Source: Nitrospirota bacterium (lineage in GTDB: Bacteria; Nitrospirota; UBA9217). Taken from it: a DNA stretch of 64,000 nucleotides. The notes below the pieces were generated by a model. It made no database searches and was not told the origin of the DNA. It saw only the letters and a list, made by a program, of their open reading frames with translations. The position numbers were made by a program, and so were the translations under genes. The stretch covers positions 32,001 to 96,000 of the forward strand of contig CAVVUN010000003.1 in the NCBI GenBank assembly GCA_963751455.1. Reading direction: 5' to 3'. Within the stretch, counting starts at the first letter, position 1. Each line of letters opens with the position of its first letter. This document shows, piece by piece, positions 9,993-18,719 of this stretch.

Positions 9993-11103
9993 AGCTCAGG
10001 TCCTCCTTCAGCGGCACCGGGCAAGGCCGGCCAGGCGCTGCTGTACCCGCAGGCGTCTGATCAGTCCGGCACGATCTCCTCCGAGCCAGGCCGAAGAACA
10101 GTGAAAGGATGGCAGCGGACAACGTGTGGAGATAGAAGGTGAAAAAGCGCCAACCCATCGTGACCACTCCGAGCGCGCCCACAGGCAGGAACGGCATATA
10201 CAGGAGCGAGAAAAAGATCTCAGCTCCTCCGGCGCCTCCGGGGCTCGGCACCAGGATCGTGAGCGCAAAGACAAGGACCTGGAGCACCATGAACAGCAGG
10301 GGCTGGACCGGGATCCCGAGGCTTATCAGGAGCAGGGATATGATCGAGTAGCGGCAGGTCCATTGGACCGAGGTCAGGACCAGGGTGAGGACCAGCACCT
10401 TCTTCCCGCCCCGCCCTATCAAGCGAAAGGTCTGCTGAAATGTCCAGAAAGCGGCCAGTACCTTTTCCCTTATCGTCCCCATCCTCGCCCTTCTCTTCCA
10501 GCCTAATGCAAGGACCAGGAGGACCAGACAGAGAGACACGAAGAGCGCTCCGATCCACCACGCACCATGCGGGAGCCTGACGATGCCGGCCTGCCGGGGC
10601 AGATCCCATGACGTGGATACCGTGAGCGCCGTCGGGACCATGATCAGGAAGAACAGGGCGTCCTCCAGGTTTTCGAGAACAGGCAGGGAAATGGCCGTTC
10701 CCGGGTCCAGTCCCCGGTTCATCAGCATGCCGATCTTGACAGCGCCTCCGCCGATCACGGGAGGCGCGATCGCCGCGCCCAGGTCCGCCATGATAACGAT
10801 CTCGAAAGCATCACGATAGGTGAGCGGCTGCCCAAGGAACCTGCTCCAGGTGAACAGCCTGAGGGAACCAGTGAACCACGGCACGATGCTCAGCAGGGCG
10901 GCGAGAAGAAGGAACCCGGGATGAAAATGAACGAGCGACGCCAGCGTCTGTTTGTCTGTCATGACCAGACAATACACCACGTTCCCGATGATGCCCACGG
11001 GTATGAGGATCAGCAGTTTTCGGAGGATTCTGTTGATGCGGTCCGGGACCGGGACCGGTTGCAGCGGCCTCTCCTTGTCCGATTTACGACAGACGCTGTT
11101 CAT
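9979..11103 (-). CDS. Lysylphosphatidylglycerol synthase TM-region (YbhN/flippase-like) membrane protein
   Basis: Multi-TM; PSPGGAGGAE and WRFFTFY motifs. Confidence 0.85.
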   Translation of the reverse strand: MNSVCRKSDKERPLQPVPVPDRINRILRKLLILIPVGIIGNVVYCLVMTDKQTLASLVHFHPGFLLLAALLSIVPWFTGSLRLFTWSRFLGQPLTYRDAFEIVIMADLGAAIAPPVIGGGAVKIGMLMNRGLDPGTAISLPVLENLEDALFFLIMVPTALTVSTSWDLPRQAGIVRLPHGAWWIGALFVSLCLVLLVLALGWKRRARMGTIREKVLAAFWTFQQTFRLIGRGGKKVLVLTLVLTSVQWTCRYSIISLLLISLGIPVQPLLFMVLQVLVFALTILVPSPGGAGGAEIFFSLLYMPFLPVGALGVVTMGWRFFTFYLHTLSAAILSLFFGLARRRSCRTDQTPAGTAAPGRPCPVPLKEDLSFVRE

Positions 11104-12931
11104 AGCATTCCGATCGTATGGCCCGGTGATAAGCGAGAAAGGACCGGGTTCCTTCCTTTCCCAGGTATCGTTCCAGCATCTTCGGTTCGGTCTTTGTAAG
11201 GTCCACCATGATCAGGCCGTCCAGGACATTCCCGAAGGCGGGATCGACATTGAACCCGATGATTTCTCCGCCCAGCTTCAGATATTGCTTCAACAGGATC
11301 GGTATCCCCTTTCGATCGCTTTCCATGGAGGAAATCAGTTCAGACATATCATCGATGTCGTCCTTCGCCGGACGGAGAGCTGCATCGATGTCCCAGCCTT
11401 TTACGGGCTTTGTCCTCAGAGGCCGTCTGGGCTTCACGAATACGGCCATATCGTCCCGGTATCTCGTCATTTTGAGGAACCGCACGATCAGCTCTTTTGA
11501 CAGCGCCTGGTATTCATTGGTAATGCTGACCGGCCCGAACAGGGTCCGGTATCGGGGACTGTCGACCATATATCTGCCGATGCCTTTCCATAACAGCAGG
11601 AGCGGCGCGTAGGAACGCTGGTATTCAGGCCGGATAAACGAACGGCCGAGTTCCAGGGCGGGTCCGAGCCGCTTCAGGAACTCGTGGTCGTAGCGGAAGA
11701 GAGTGCTGGTGTAAATCCCGCGTATGCCCTGTTTTCGGACCAGCTCATCACTCAGGCCGAGCCGGTAGGCGCCTACCACTTCCTGTTTGACCCTGTTCCA
11801 GATGAACAGGTGAACATAGGTCCGGTCGTAGCCGTCTATATCCAAGGCGTTTCCTGTTCCTTCGCCGACTGCGCGAAAAGTGATCTCCCGAAGCCGTCCG
11901 ATTTCGAGCAGCACATTCGGGATCTGGTCTGCCGTGGCCTGGATCACAACGTTCTCGCCGTTCTCGACAAGGGTCTGACTCGGAGCCAGGCGGGAGACCT
12001 CCTCTTCAAGGACGAGCGGAGGCTGCGGCGGTATCACGGGCCTGCTCGCCTGTTTCTGCTGCAAAGCGACGCTCCCCGGGACTGCAGGTTCAGGCACTCG
12101 ATGCTCCAGTATGTAGGTCCGCATGCGAAGATATTCCATCATCTCATCGTCCGGGCCCATCCCGCTCAGTTTCTCGAATGGGACCATGTCTCCGATTCTG
12201 ACCCGTATCTTTTTCCGGTTTTTGTTCAGCAGCTCATTCGGCAGCATTGCAGTGCGCAGCAGGGGATGGACCATGCCGGCCATATGGAAAACCGCGCTGT
12301 TCGTTCCCCGGAAGAACAGCGGAAGTACCGAAGCGCCGGTTTTCCTGATGATTCGCGCGATCGAGGGGCTCCAAGCCGGATCGGTAATAGCGCCTTTCTG
12401 CAGATCGAAACGGGAAACTTCGCCGGACGGGAAGACGACGAGCATGTGGCCGCTCTTGACCCAGTGGATGCATTCCCTGATCGGTCCGATGTTCTCTTTG
12501 ATCGCGGAATCCTGTTTGAAGGGATTGACCGAAATAAGCAGGTCGCGCATCTCGGGGATGCAGTTTAGCAGAGAATTTGCCATGAACTTTACATCACAGC
12601 GCAGGGTACGGAGGATCGATGCGAGAACAATGCCTTCAATGCCCCCGAAGGGATGGTTTGCCACCACGAGGACAGTGCCCGTTGCGGCCTGCAGTATCGC
12701 AAGGTCCTTTTCTTCCAGATCGCACGTTACATTGAGCTTATCAAGCACCTTATCCGGGAATGGGCGGCTGTCCTTCATGCCCGTGATCTCGGCATAAGCG
12801 AGATTCAGCCGGGGAAAGGCAAGGAAGTGCTCGATGGGACCTCGCATCATCGAAAATAATTTATTCTGCAAAGGGTCTTTGAAGTTGATATCCAGGCTGA
12901 AGATGCGGTTTATTTTTATCTGTTCCAGCAT
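11084..12931 (-). CDS. Bifunctional PlsC-type acyltransferase + GNAT N-acyltransferase (OlsF-like ornithine/amino-lipid synthase)
   Basis: VANHPFGGIEG and VFPSGEVS acyltransferase motifs; EIGRLREITFR, GAYRLG, LELGRSF, FNVDPAFGNVLDGL GNAT motifs. Confidence 0.85.
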   Translation of the reverse strand: MLEQIKINRIFSLDINFKDPLQNKLFSMMRGPIEHFLAFPRLNLAYAEITGMKDSRPFPDKVLDKLNVTCDLEEKDLAILQAATGTVLVVANHPFGGIEGIVLASILRTLRCDVKFMANSLLNCIPEMRDLLISVNPFKQDSAIKENIGPIRECIHWVKSGHMLVVFPSGEVSRFDLQKGAITDPAWSPSIARIIRKTGASVLPLFFRGTNSAVFHMAGMVHPLLRTAMLPNELLNKNRKKIRVRIGDMVPFEKLSGMGPDDEMMEYLRMRTYILEHRVPEPAVPGSVALQQKQASRPVIPPQPPLVLEEEVSRLAPSQTLVENGENVVIQATADQIPNVLLEIGRLREITFRAVGEGTGNALDIDGYDRTYVHLFIWNRVKQEVVGAYRLGLSDELVRKQGIRGIYTSTLFRYDHEFLKRLGPALELGRSFIRPEYQRSYAPLLLLWKGIGRYMVDSPRYRTLFGPVSITNEYQALSKELIVRFLKMTRYRDDMAVFVKPRRPLRTKPVKGWDIDAALRPAKDDIDDMSELISSMESDRKGIPILLKQYLKLGGEIIGFNVDPAFGNVLDGLIMVDLTKTEPKMLERYLGKEGTRSFLAYHRAIRSECYEQRLS

Positions 12932-12960
12932 GGGTGGCTCCTTTTTGCAATTTATCTAAA

Positions 12961-13047
12961 GCATTCGGACACGGATCAAATCGGATTTACACGGATGATT
13001 TCGAGATTTATCGCTTTTTTTATTCGTGGTTATCCGTCATCTGTGGT
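12961..13047. repeat. Paired nonamer/decamer inverted arrays (ACACGGAT / ATCCGT), degenerate MITE-like
   Basis: gcattcggacacggatcaaatcggatttacacggat ... attcgtggttatccgtcatctgtgg; left end resembles the 58.6-59.1 kb elements. Confidence 0.55.
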
Positions 13048-13073
13048 TATTACTTTTTAAGTACACAGTCGTG

Positions 13074-14309
13074 CTATGCAAACCGCGCCCGGATAACGTC
13101 CGTGATCCGGTATCCCCATGACCAGAAGCCGGTCTCCGGGCAGGGCGACAAACGTGAATCCTTGCCGATCAGGTACCGGTTCCCGCGCCACACAACGGTT
13201 GCGCTCAGAAGCGGCACGAACCAGACGAGCCCAATGATGATGTCTTTGAGCGGGACAAGGAAGTAGGCGAAGGGAGACTGCTGAGAGAAGCTGTGAATAG
13301 TGCGCTGCGTTTCAATGCTCTTTCCCATGATTAAGTCTCCGAGAACCTTGATCAAACTTATGAACGCGGCAAAGGAAAGCGTGGTCCTTGACGGCCCGCT
13401 TGCAATGACCGGAATAACGGCAACAAAGACGGGATTTGCAAGGATCTCGGAGAAATATTTGAGCCCGCCGATCTTCCACCTGAGCTTGCCCCATCTCGTG
13501 TGGCGATTCAAAAAGCGCTTCACGTCCCAGTATTCGTTGACGTTGCTGATAAGGTAATTCGACAGCGCCACTTTTTTGCCTGCCCTGCTCATTTCACGGC
13601 CGATGATGAAATCTTCGGCCAGGATGTCCTTGAAGGTTTCGAGCCCGCCGATCGCCTGCAGATCGTCTTTTTTCATGAGCATGGACTTCCCGACCACACA
13701 GGGCATGCCCAGGAAGCGGTCAAGGAAGCTGATGCTCCCGATGACAAATGAGTTCAAGTGCAGGTTCTCGAGGATCGCGCCGAGGCTGCGACCGCCCACG
13801 CCGCGGATCAGGTTGCTTACCAGCCCCACGGACGGGTCCTGAGTGTGGCGCGCGATCTCCCGAAGGTAATCCGGCCCGACCATGACATTGCTGTCGCTGA
13901 TCAGGACGTAGGGGTGGCGGCTTTTCCGATATGCCGGGATGAGGTTGTTTACCTTGGGATTCAACCCCAGGCTGCAGCGTTCCACGATGATCGTGATGTT
14001 CGTGTCCGGGTGCTTGTCCTGTACTTTTTTAGCTACTTTAAAGGCCGGGTCATTGTGGTCCTGAAGGCCGAAGAGAATTTCATACTCGGGGTAGTCCTGG
14101 GTGCAGAAGCTTGAGAGGTTGTCAAAGAGATTGTCGTCAAGGCCTCTCAACGGCTTGAGAATCGAAACCGGCGGCAGCACGTCCGAGGCCGGGGCTTGAG
14201 CGGAATCTTTCTTGTCTTTCCTGACAAGTGAACAGGTTGCGTACACCTGAATCAGGTAAAGCACAATCCCAAGCGTTGCGACAGCAGTGCATATGAGAAA
14301 GATAAGCAT
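13074..14309 (-). CDS. Ceramide glucosyltransferase / HpnI-like glycosyltransferase (GT2/GT21)
   Basis: PVSILKPLRG, GLNPKVNNL, ISDSN, LAEDF, RHTRW motifs. Confidence 0.88.
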   Translation of the reverse strand: MLIFLICTAVATLGIVLYLIQVYATCSLVRKDKKDSAQAPASDVLPPVSILKPLRGLDDNLFDNLSSFCTQDYPEYEILFGLQDHNDPAFKVAKKVQDKHPDTNITIIVERCSLGLNPKVNNLIPAYRKSRHPYVLISDSNVMVGPDYLREIARHTQDPSVGLVSNLIRGVGGRSLGAILENLHLNSFVIGSISFLDRFLGMPCVVGKSMLMKKDDLQAIGGLETFKDILAEDFIIGREMSRAGKKVALSNYLISNVNEYWDVKRFLNRHTRWGKLRWKIGGLKYFSEILANPVFVAVIPVIASGPSRTTLSFAAFISLIKVLGDLIMGKSIETQRTIHSFSQQSPFAYFLVPLKDIIIGLVWFVPLLSATVVWRGNRYLIGKDSRLSPCPETGFWSWGYRITDVIRARFA

Positions 14310-14349
14310 GGGGTTCCTCCATTATGGTGTTTTTGGACCGAGGCAACCG

Positions 14350-14391
14350 CCTGCGCCCAGCGTTTACGAGTGATATTGCGAGTGCAGGGTG
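14350..14391. repeat. Mini hairpin element family A, copy 2, inside a GGCAAC...GTTGCC palindrome
   Basis: cctgcgcccagcgtttacgagtgatattgcgagtgcagggtg. Confidence 0.75.
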
Positions 14392-14469
14392 TGTTGCCGT
14401 GAATTCTTTTGGCCCCGAAAAAACGACAAAGACATTAAAGCACGCCGACGCGGTCGGCTTGCTCCAAAA

Positions 14470-15162
14470 TTAATTCCTGAACAGCGTGATGGCCACACCC
14501 TTGTTATGCCTGATGCAGTTTTTAACCGCATCGACGTTTTTCTCGCAGTTAAGCAGCGTTTTCCAGGAGTAAAGGTGCCGCGCCTTGTGAAAATCGCTGT
14601 TCGCGATGTAGGGATACTTTTTCAAGCTGATGACGTTGAACACGTCGTCACGGTTTGCTATTTCCCAGGCATCGATATACTTCGCGTACTTGTCACGGTT
14701 GTTCCAGAGAAAAAGCGTGTCTTTATTCATCAGGTCCGGGGTATGGTGAGGGTGACACGCGACTGTCAGCGCATCCTGTCTTTTCGCGTCGAGAAAGATC
14801 TGTTCATAGTCCATGCATGCGGGGATGAACTCTTTGATGTCGAGGAGCAGGAGGTGGGCTGATCTCTCTTTGGTAACGTAATTCTTGCTGATTTCAACGC
14901 CCGGGATCACGAGCATGCCATACTTTTCCCTTGCCCGCTCGGCTTCCGCCCGGATTGTTGCCAGGTATTCGTCGAAATTGTCGCCCCGGACCGACAGGTT
15001 AAACTTATGAGCGAATTTACCGATCGAGTTGTCGCCGTTTACTACGTGGTCCGTAATTGCAATCGCATCGAATCCCGCCTGGCCGAAAAGATCGATGGTC
15101 TTTCTCATCTCAAGGGAACCGTCTGAAAATGTCGTGTGTATGTGAAAATCACACAATATCAT
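14470..15162 (-). CDS. PHP-domain metal-dependent phosphoesterase
   Basis: DFHIHTTFSDG, AITDH, GVEIS, HPH, NSDFH; start may be 15168 or 15162. Confidence 0.88.
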   Translation of the reverse strand: MILCDFHIHTTFSDGSLEMRKTIDLFGQAGFDAIAITDHVVNGDNSIGKFAHKFNLSVRGDNFDEYLATIRAEAERAREKYGMLVIPGVEISKNYVTKERSAHLLLLDIKEFIPACMDYEQIFLDAKRQDALTVACHPHHTPDLMNKDTLFLWNNRDKYAKYIDAWEIANRDDVFNVISLKKYPYIANSDFHKARHLYSWKTLLNCEKNVDAVKNCIRHNKGVAITLFRN

Positions 15163-15169
15163 TGTCATG

Positions 15170-15223
15170 ATGATACCGTTCGCCGGTTACGACAACGTTA
15201 CGGGAATATTAAGTTTCGGTTAC
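15170..15223 (-). promoter_or_regulatory. Pho-box-like promoter of the PHP-GT-acyltransferase-flippase operon
   Basis: GTTAC 15186, GTTAC 15197, ATTAA 15208, GTTAC 15219; TATCAT (minus, 15170-15175) 10 bp away. Confidence 0.8.
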
Positions 15224-15249
15224 AACGCTTTTTTTATGCTGAAGGATTG

Positions 15250-15278
15250 AAAAAAGTATGGGGCGGTTTCCCGCCCCA
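15250..15278 (-). terminator. Intrinsic terminator after porin gene
   Basis: TGGGGCGG-tttc-CCGCCCCA stem with T-run on the minus strand. Confidence 0.75.
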
Positions 15279-15341
15279 CGAGAGGGAAGAATATGGAAGG
15301 CGATTTAACGCCCTCCACCGGATGAAGGTATTGGGACGTAT

Positions 15342-16508
15342 TTAGAAGCTGTAGTTTACGCCGAAAGATATGACAGACGGATCTTCATCCGCCGCCGGTT
15401 TGTACGCTCCGCCGGCACCGCTCTGTCCCAGACCGTATGTGGCGCCCGCATCGTTGTCCGTGGCTGCGTACAGTACGTATGCGGTTGTGCGCTTTGAAAA
15501 GGCATGGTCCAGGCCGACTGCCATAAAGGTTGCGCCGGTCTTGGCTGTTGATTCGCCGTCGTCAGCGTTTCCGTAGGCGAGCTTGATCGTCTCGCTGCCG
15601 AGTTTCTGGCTGACCGCAATATAAACTGCGTCGCGGGTGTTTGTGGAATTCGCTAAGTCGCTTTCGAGGGTTTCGAAGACAAGTCCGAGCTTGGTACCGC
15701 CGAACGCATAGCCTGCGCCCAGTTTCGTGCCCGCTACGGTTGTGGCGACGGAATCAGACAGCAGTGTTGTAGTCCCGTTCTTGTGGATCTCATGCGCTAG
15801 AGCGAGAGCCAGCGGTCCTGATTTGTAGACTGCCGCGGCAGAGTAGGCGCTCGCGTTGGAATTGATGCCGTTGCTCGATTCAGTCCCGGTCAAAACAGCC
15901 GCTACGCTGACCTGGACCCCGCCCAGACTGGGTGATGTATAGGCAATCAGGTCAATGGGCCGAAGGTCGAAGATGGTGGATCCATTTACGTTGCCGATAA
16001 TAGCATTGTAGTCACCCATAGAGTCGCCGAACGCATCAAACTGGCCGGTCGCGGTCTTGTAAGGCGTATCATGCGTGCCGAAGAGCACGGTGCCGAAGCC
16101 GCCTTTGAGGCCGAGGTAGGTGTTGCGGAGCGAAAGAGTGTTCACGCTTGTCGTGCTGACAGCGCCGGTAGTCGTATTGGTTACACCCGTGGCCACCGTT
16201 GAAGTCGAGCCGTCCATGTTGATCCCAAGTTCCAGCTGGTACACGGTGCTCAGGCCGTTGCCCAGGTCCTCGGCGCCCTTGAACCCGAGACGCGAAGAGT
16301 TCGATGACGCCTTGAACAGGTCGGTGTCCGCCCCCACAACCTTGCTGCCGGTGTCGATCATGTCTACGGACAATTTTGCAGCGCCGTAGACCTGGAGGGC
16401 GCCGGTTGGCGACGGCTTATCAACATCCACTATTTCGTGTGCTGCAAAAGCCGTTATTGCCATACAGTTTACTGCGAGAACTGCGACTGCTGCTAAAACT
16501 CTTTTCAT
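15342..16508 (-). CDS. Gram-negative porin
   Basis: Signal peptide, SRLGFKGAEDLGNGL, RNTYLGLKGGFGT, FSKRTTAYVLY, terminal Phe. Confidence 0.92.
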   Translation of the reverse strand: MKRVLAAVAVLAVNCMAITAFAAHEIVDVDKPSPTGALQVYGAAKLSVDMIDTGSKVVGADTDLFKASSNSSRLGFKGAEDLGNGLSTVYQLELGINMDGSTSTVATGVTNTTTGAVSTTSVNTLSLRNTYLGLKGGFGTVLFGTHDTPYKTATGQFDAFGDSMGDYNAIIGNVNGSTIFDLRPIDLIAYTSPSLGGVQVSVAAVLTGTESSNGINSNASAYSAAAVYKSGPLALALAHEIHKNGTTTLLSDSVATTVAGTKLGAGYAFGGTKLGLVFETLESDLANSTNTRDAVYIAVSQKLGSETIKLAYGNADDGESTAKTGATFMAVGLDHAFSKRTTAYVLYAATDNDAGATYGLGQSGAGGAYKPAADEDPSVISFGVNYSF

Positions 16509-16593
16509 TCTACTTCCTCCCCTGTTTAATTAATTTAAATCCGGACGTCCGGAACTCTGAGAACCTGGTTTAGCAATCAAATAAAGTGAGATA

Positions 16594-16647
16594 ATTATAA
16601 AGACAATCTGTTACAGGAAAATGAAGAAAGTATTACATTTTTGTTAC
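16594..16647 (-). promoter_or_regulatory. Pho-box-like promoter of the porin
   Basis: GTTAC 16610, ATGAA 16621, ATTAC 16632, GTTAC 16643; perfect TATAAT (minus, 16594-16599) 10 bp away. Confidence 0.82.
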
Positions 16648-17906
16648 ATGTTCGACCGGCTCTGAATGAGGTAGGCGTAATAGGTAGCGGCAAAGGTTGG
16701 CGTGCGCTCAAGGGTTTCGAAGTCCACGCGGTAGAGTCCGAACCGTGCGTCCAGGCCTTGCAGCCATTCGTAGTTGTCTATCAGGGTCCAGTAAAAGTAT
16801 CCCCTCACGTTAAGCCCGTCGCGCAGGCATTTTTCAACCACGTCGACGTGCTTTTTCATATACTTGACTTTTTCCTCGGTATCATGAGACGCGATGCCGT
16901 TTTCCGTAATATAAAGCGGCAGGTTGAGGCGAGACGCGTACCGGAGGACTTTTTCGAGACCGCGCGGATGGATCTCCCATCCCATACTGCTCAGGCCGTG
17001 GCCGTCGATGTCCAAGTGCCGAAGCTCGACGCCCATTTTCTTGAAAGGATTGAAACGGAGGTGAATGCGGGTGTAGTAATTGATGGCGAAGAAATCGAGC
17101 TTGCCCTTTATCGGTATCTCGATCTCCACAGGTTTGCTGAAGGGAAACTTGATGACGAAGATCCCGGTCTGGAAGGCATTAATGATCGAGTGGTTGTAGA
17201 AATAGTTGGCTGTCTTCTTGAGCAGCCGGTCCAGAGGGTTCCATTGCTTCCAGGGGGCGAAGACCGACATGTTGTGGGCCATGCTGACCTGGGCCTCCGG
17301 AACGTATTGGCGGATGATATCATAGGCCTTGCCGTGACAGGTGAAGATATGCTTCAGGGCCAGCAGCGAACTCGGCACGTCGCGCATACCGGGCGGCGTG
17401 CAGCCTTCGAGATAACCGCCCAGCACTATTACATACGGTTCATTGAAGGTGAGCCAATAGCGAACACCCTTGAGCGTCGAAGCCATCATCTCTGTGTAGC
17501 GAAGGAACTTATCGATCGACGAGCTTCGGTGCCAAGGGGACCGTTCCTGGAACCAACGTGGGTTGGTGAAGTGATGGAGTGTTACCATGGGCTCGATATT
17601 GTAGCTTCTGACAATGTCGATGATCTCCTGGTAGTGCGCGATCGCTTCTTCATCCCAGGTGTCCGGGCGCGGCTGGATCCTGCTCCATTCAAGCGAGAAC
17701 CGGTAAGCATTGACGCCGAGTTCCTTAAGGAGCTTAAGATCTTCCCGGAAACGCAGGTAATGATCCGTTATATATGGTTTATCGGCCAGTGCCGGGTCCC
17801 AGGTCGTCCAGTCCGCATTAGGAGCGCCTTCAAGCTGAAAAGCGGAAGTTGCAACGCCCCATTGGAAACCGGCTGGAAATATCTTTTTCTTCTTTTGTTC
17901 GTTCAT
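16644..17906 (-). CDS. Glycoside hydrolase family 1 beta-glycosidase
   Basis: ATSAFQLEG, TFNEP (acid/base), YITENG (nucleophile), WTLIDNYEW. Confidence 0.93.
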   Translation of the reverse strand: MNEQKKKKIFPAGFQWGVATSAFQLEGAPNADWTTWDPALADKPYITDHYLRFREDLKLLKELGVNAYRFSLEWSRIQPRPDTWDEEAIAHYQEIIDIVRSYNIEPMVTLHHFTNPRWFQERSPWHRSSSIDKFLRYTEMMASTLKGVRYWLTFNEPYVIVLGGYLEGCTPPGMRDVPSSLLALKHIFTCHGKAYDIIRQYVPEAQVSMAHNMSVFAPWKQWNPLDRLLKKTANYFYNHSIINAFQTGIFVIKFPFSKPVEIEIPIKGKLDFFAINYYTRIHLRFNPFKKMGVELRHLDIDGHGLSSMGWEIHPRGLEKVLRYASRLNLPLYITENGIASHDTEEKVKYMKKHVDVVEKCLRDGLNVRGYFYWTLIDNYEWLQGLDARFGLYRVDFETLERTPTFAATYYAYLIQSRSNM

Positions 17907-17964
17907 ATGGAAGGCCGCCTGTTAAAGCCATTTGTGCGCGCTTATAAAATATTTCATGTGCGTC

Positions 17965-18018
17965 ATTGTGCCCCGTTTTTATTACAGGAGCATTACAAAG
18001 GGGTTAAGATTCCGTAAA
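17965..18018 (-). promoter_or_regulatory. Pho-box-like promoter of the GH1 gene
   Basis: ATTAC 17981, ATTAC 17992, GTTAA 18003, GTAAA 18014; CACAAT (minus, 17965-17970) 10 bp away. Confidence 0.65.
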
Positions 18019-18719
18019 AGACAAATATCCTTTTCAAGTAAATAATTTCGTGGTACCGTACCAATAACACTACGGCAGCCTGCGGTCATTCCTGCGGGAG
18101 AAAAAAAAGATGAAAATAGCGGTATTCGGAGACATCCATGGAAATATAGACGCCCTTATTGCCGCGTTCAATGAGATGCTTCGGATCAAGACGGACAAAA
18201 TGTACCACCTCGGCGATCTCGGCGGGTATGCTCCCTTCGTGAACCAAGTCGTGGATTTTCTGATCGAACACAACATCGAAGGCGTGCAGGGGAACTACGA
18301 TTATAATGTGGCGCACAACAGCGAACATTGCGGCTGCAAGTACGAGGACCCCGTTCAGGCGGAGCTTGCGGAAAGGTCTTTTGCATGGACCAAGGAGCAT
18401 GTTTCGGACAAAGGCCGGGAATACCTGCGCGACCTTCCTCTTAACCTTAATCTTTCAATTGAGGGCAGGAATGTAATCCTCTTTCACGCATCTCCGCACA
18501 AGAACAATCTCTACTGGTATGAGGACCGGCCGGAAAAGTTCTTTCATGAAATGGCGGATAAGGTGAAAGCCGATGTCCTGATCTACGGCCATACTCATAA
18601 GCCCTACAGAAAAGAACTTAACGGGAAGATCTTTATTAACGCTGGAAGTGTGGGAAAGCCCAAGGATGGCGACCCAAGGGCATGCGCTGCGGTTGTCGAG
18701 ATCGCGCAAGAAGGCATTA

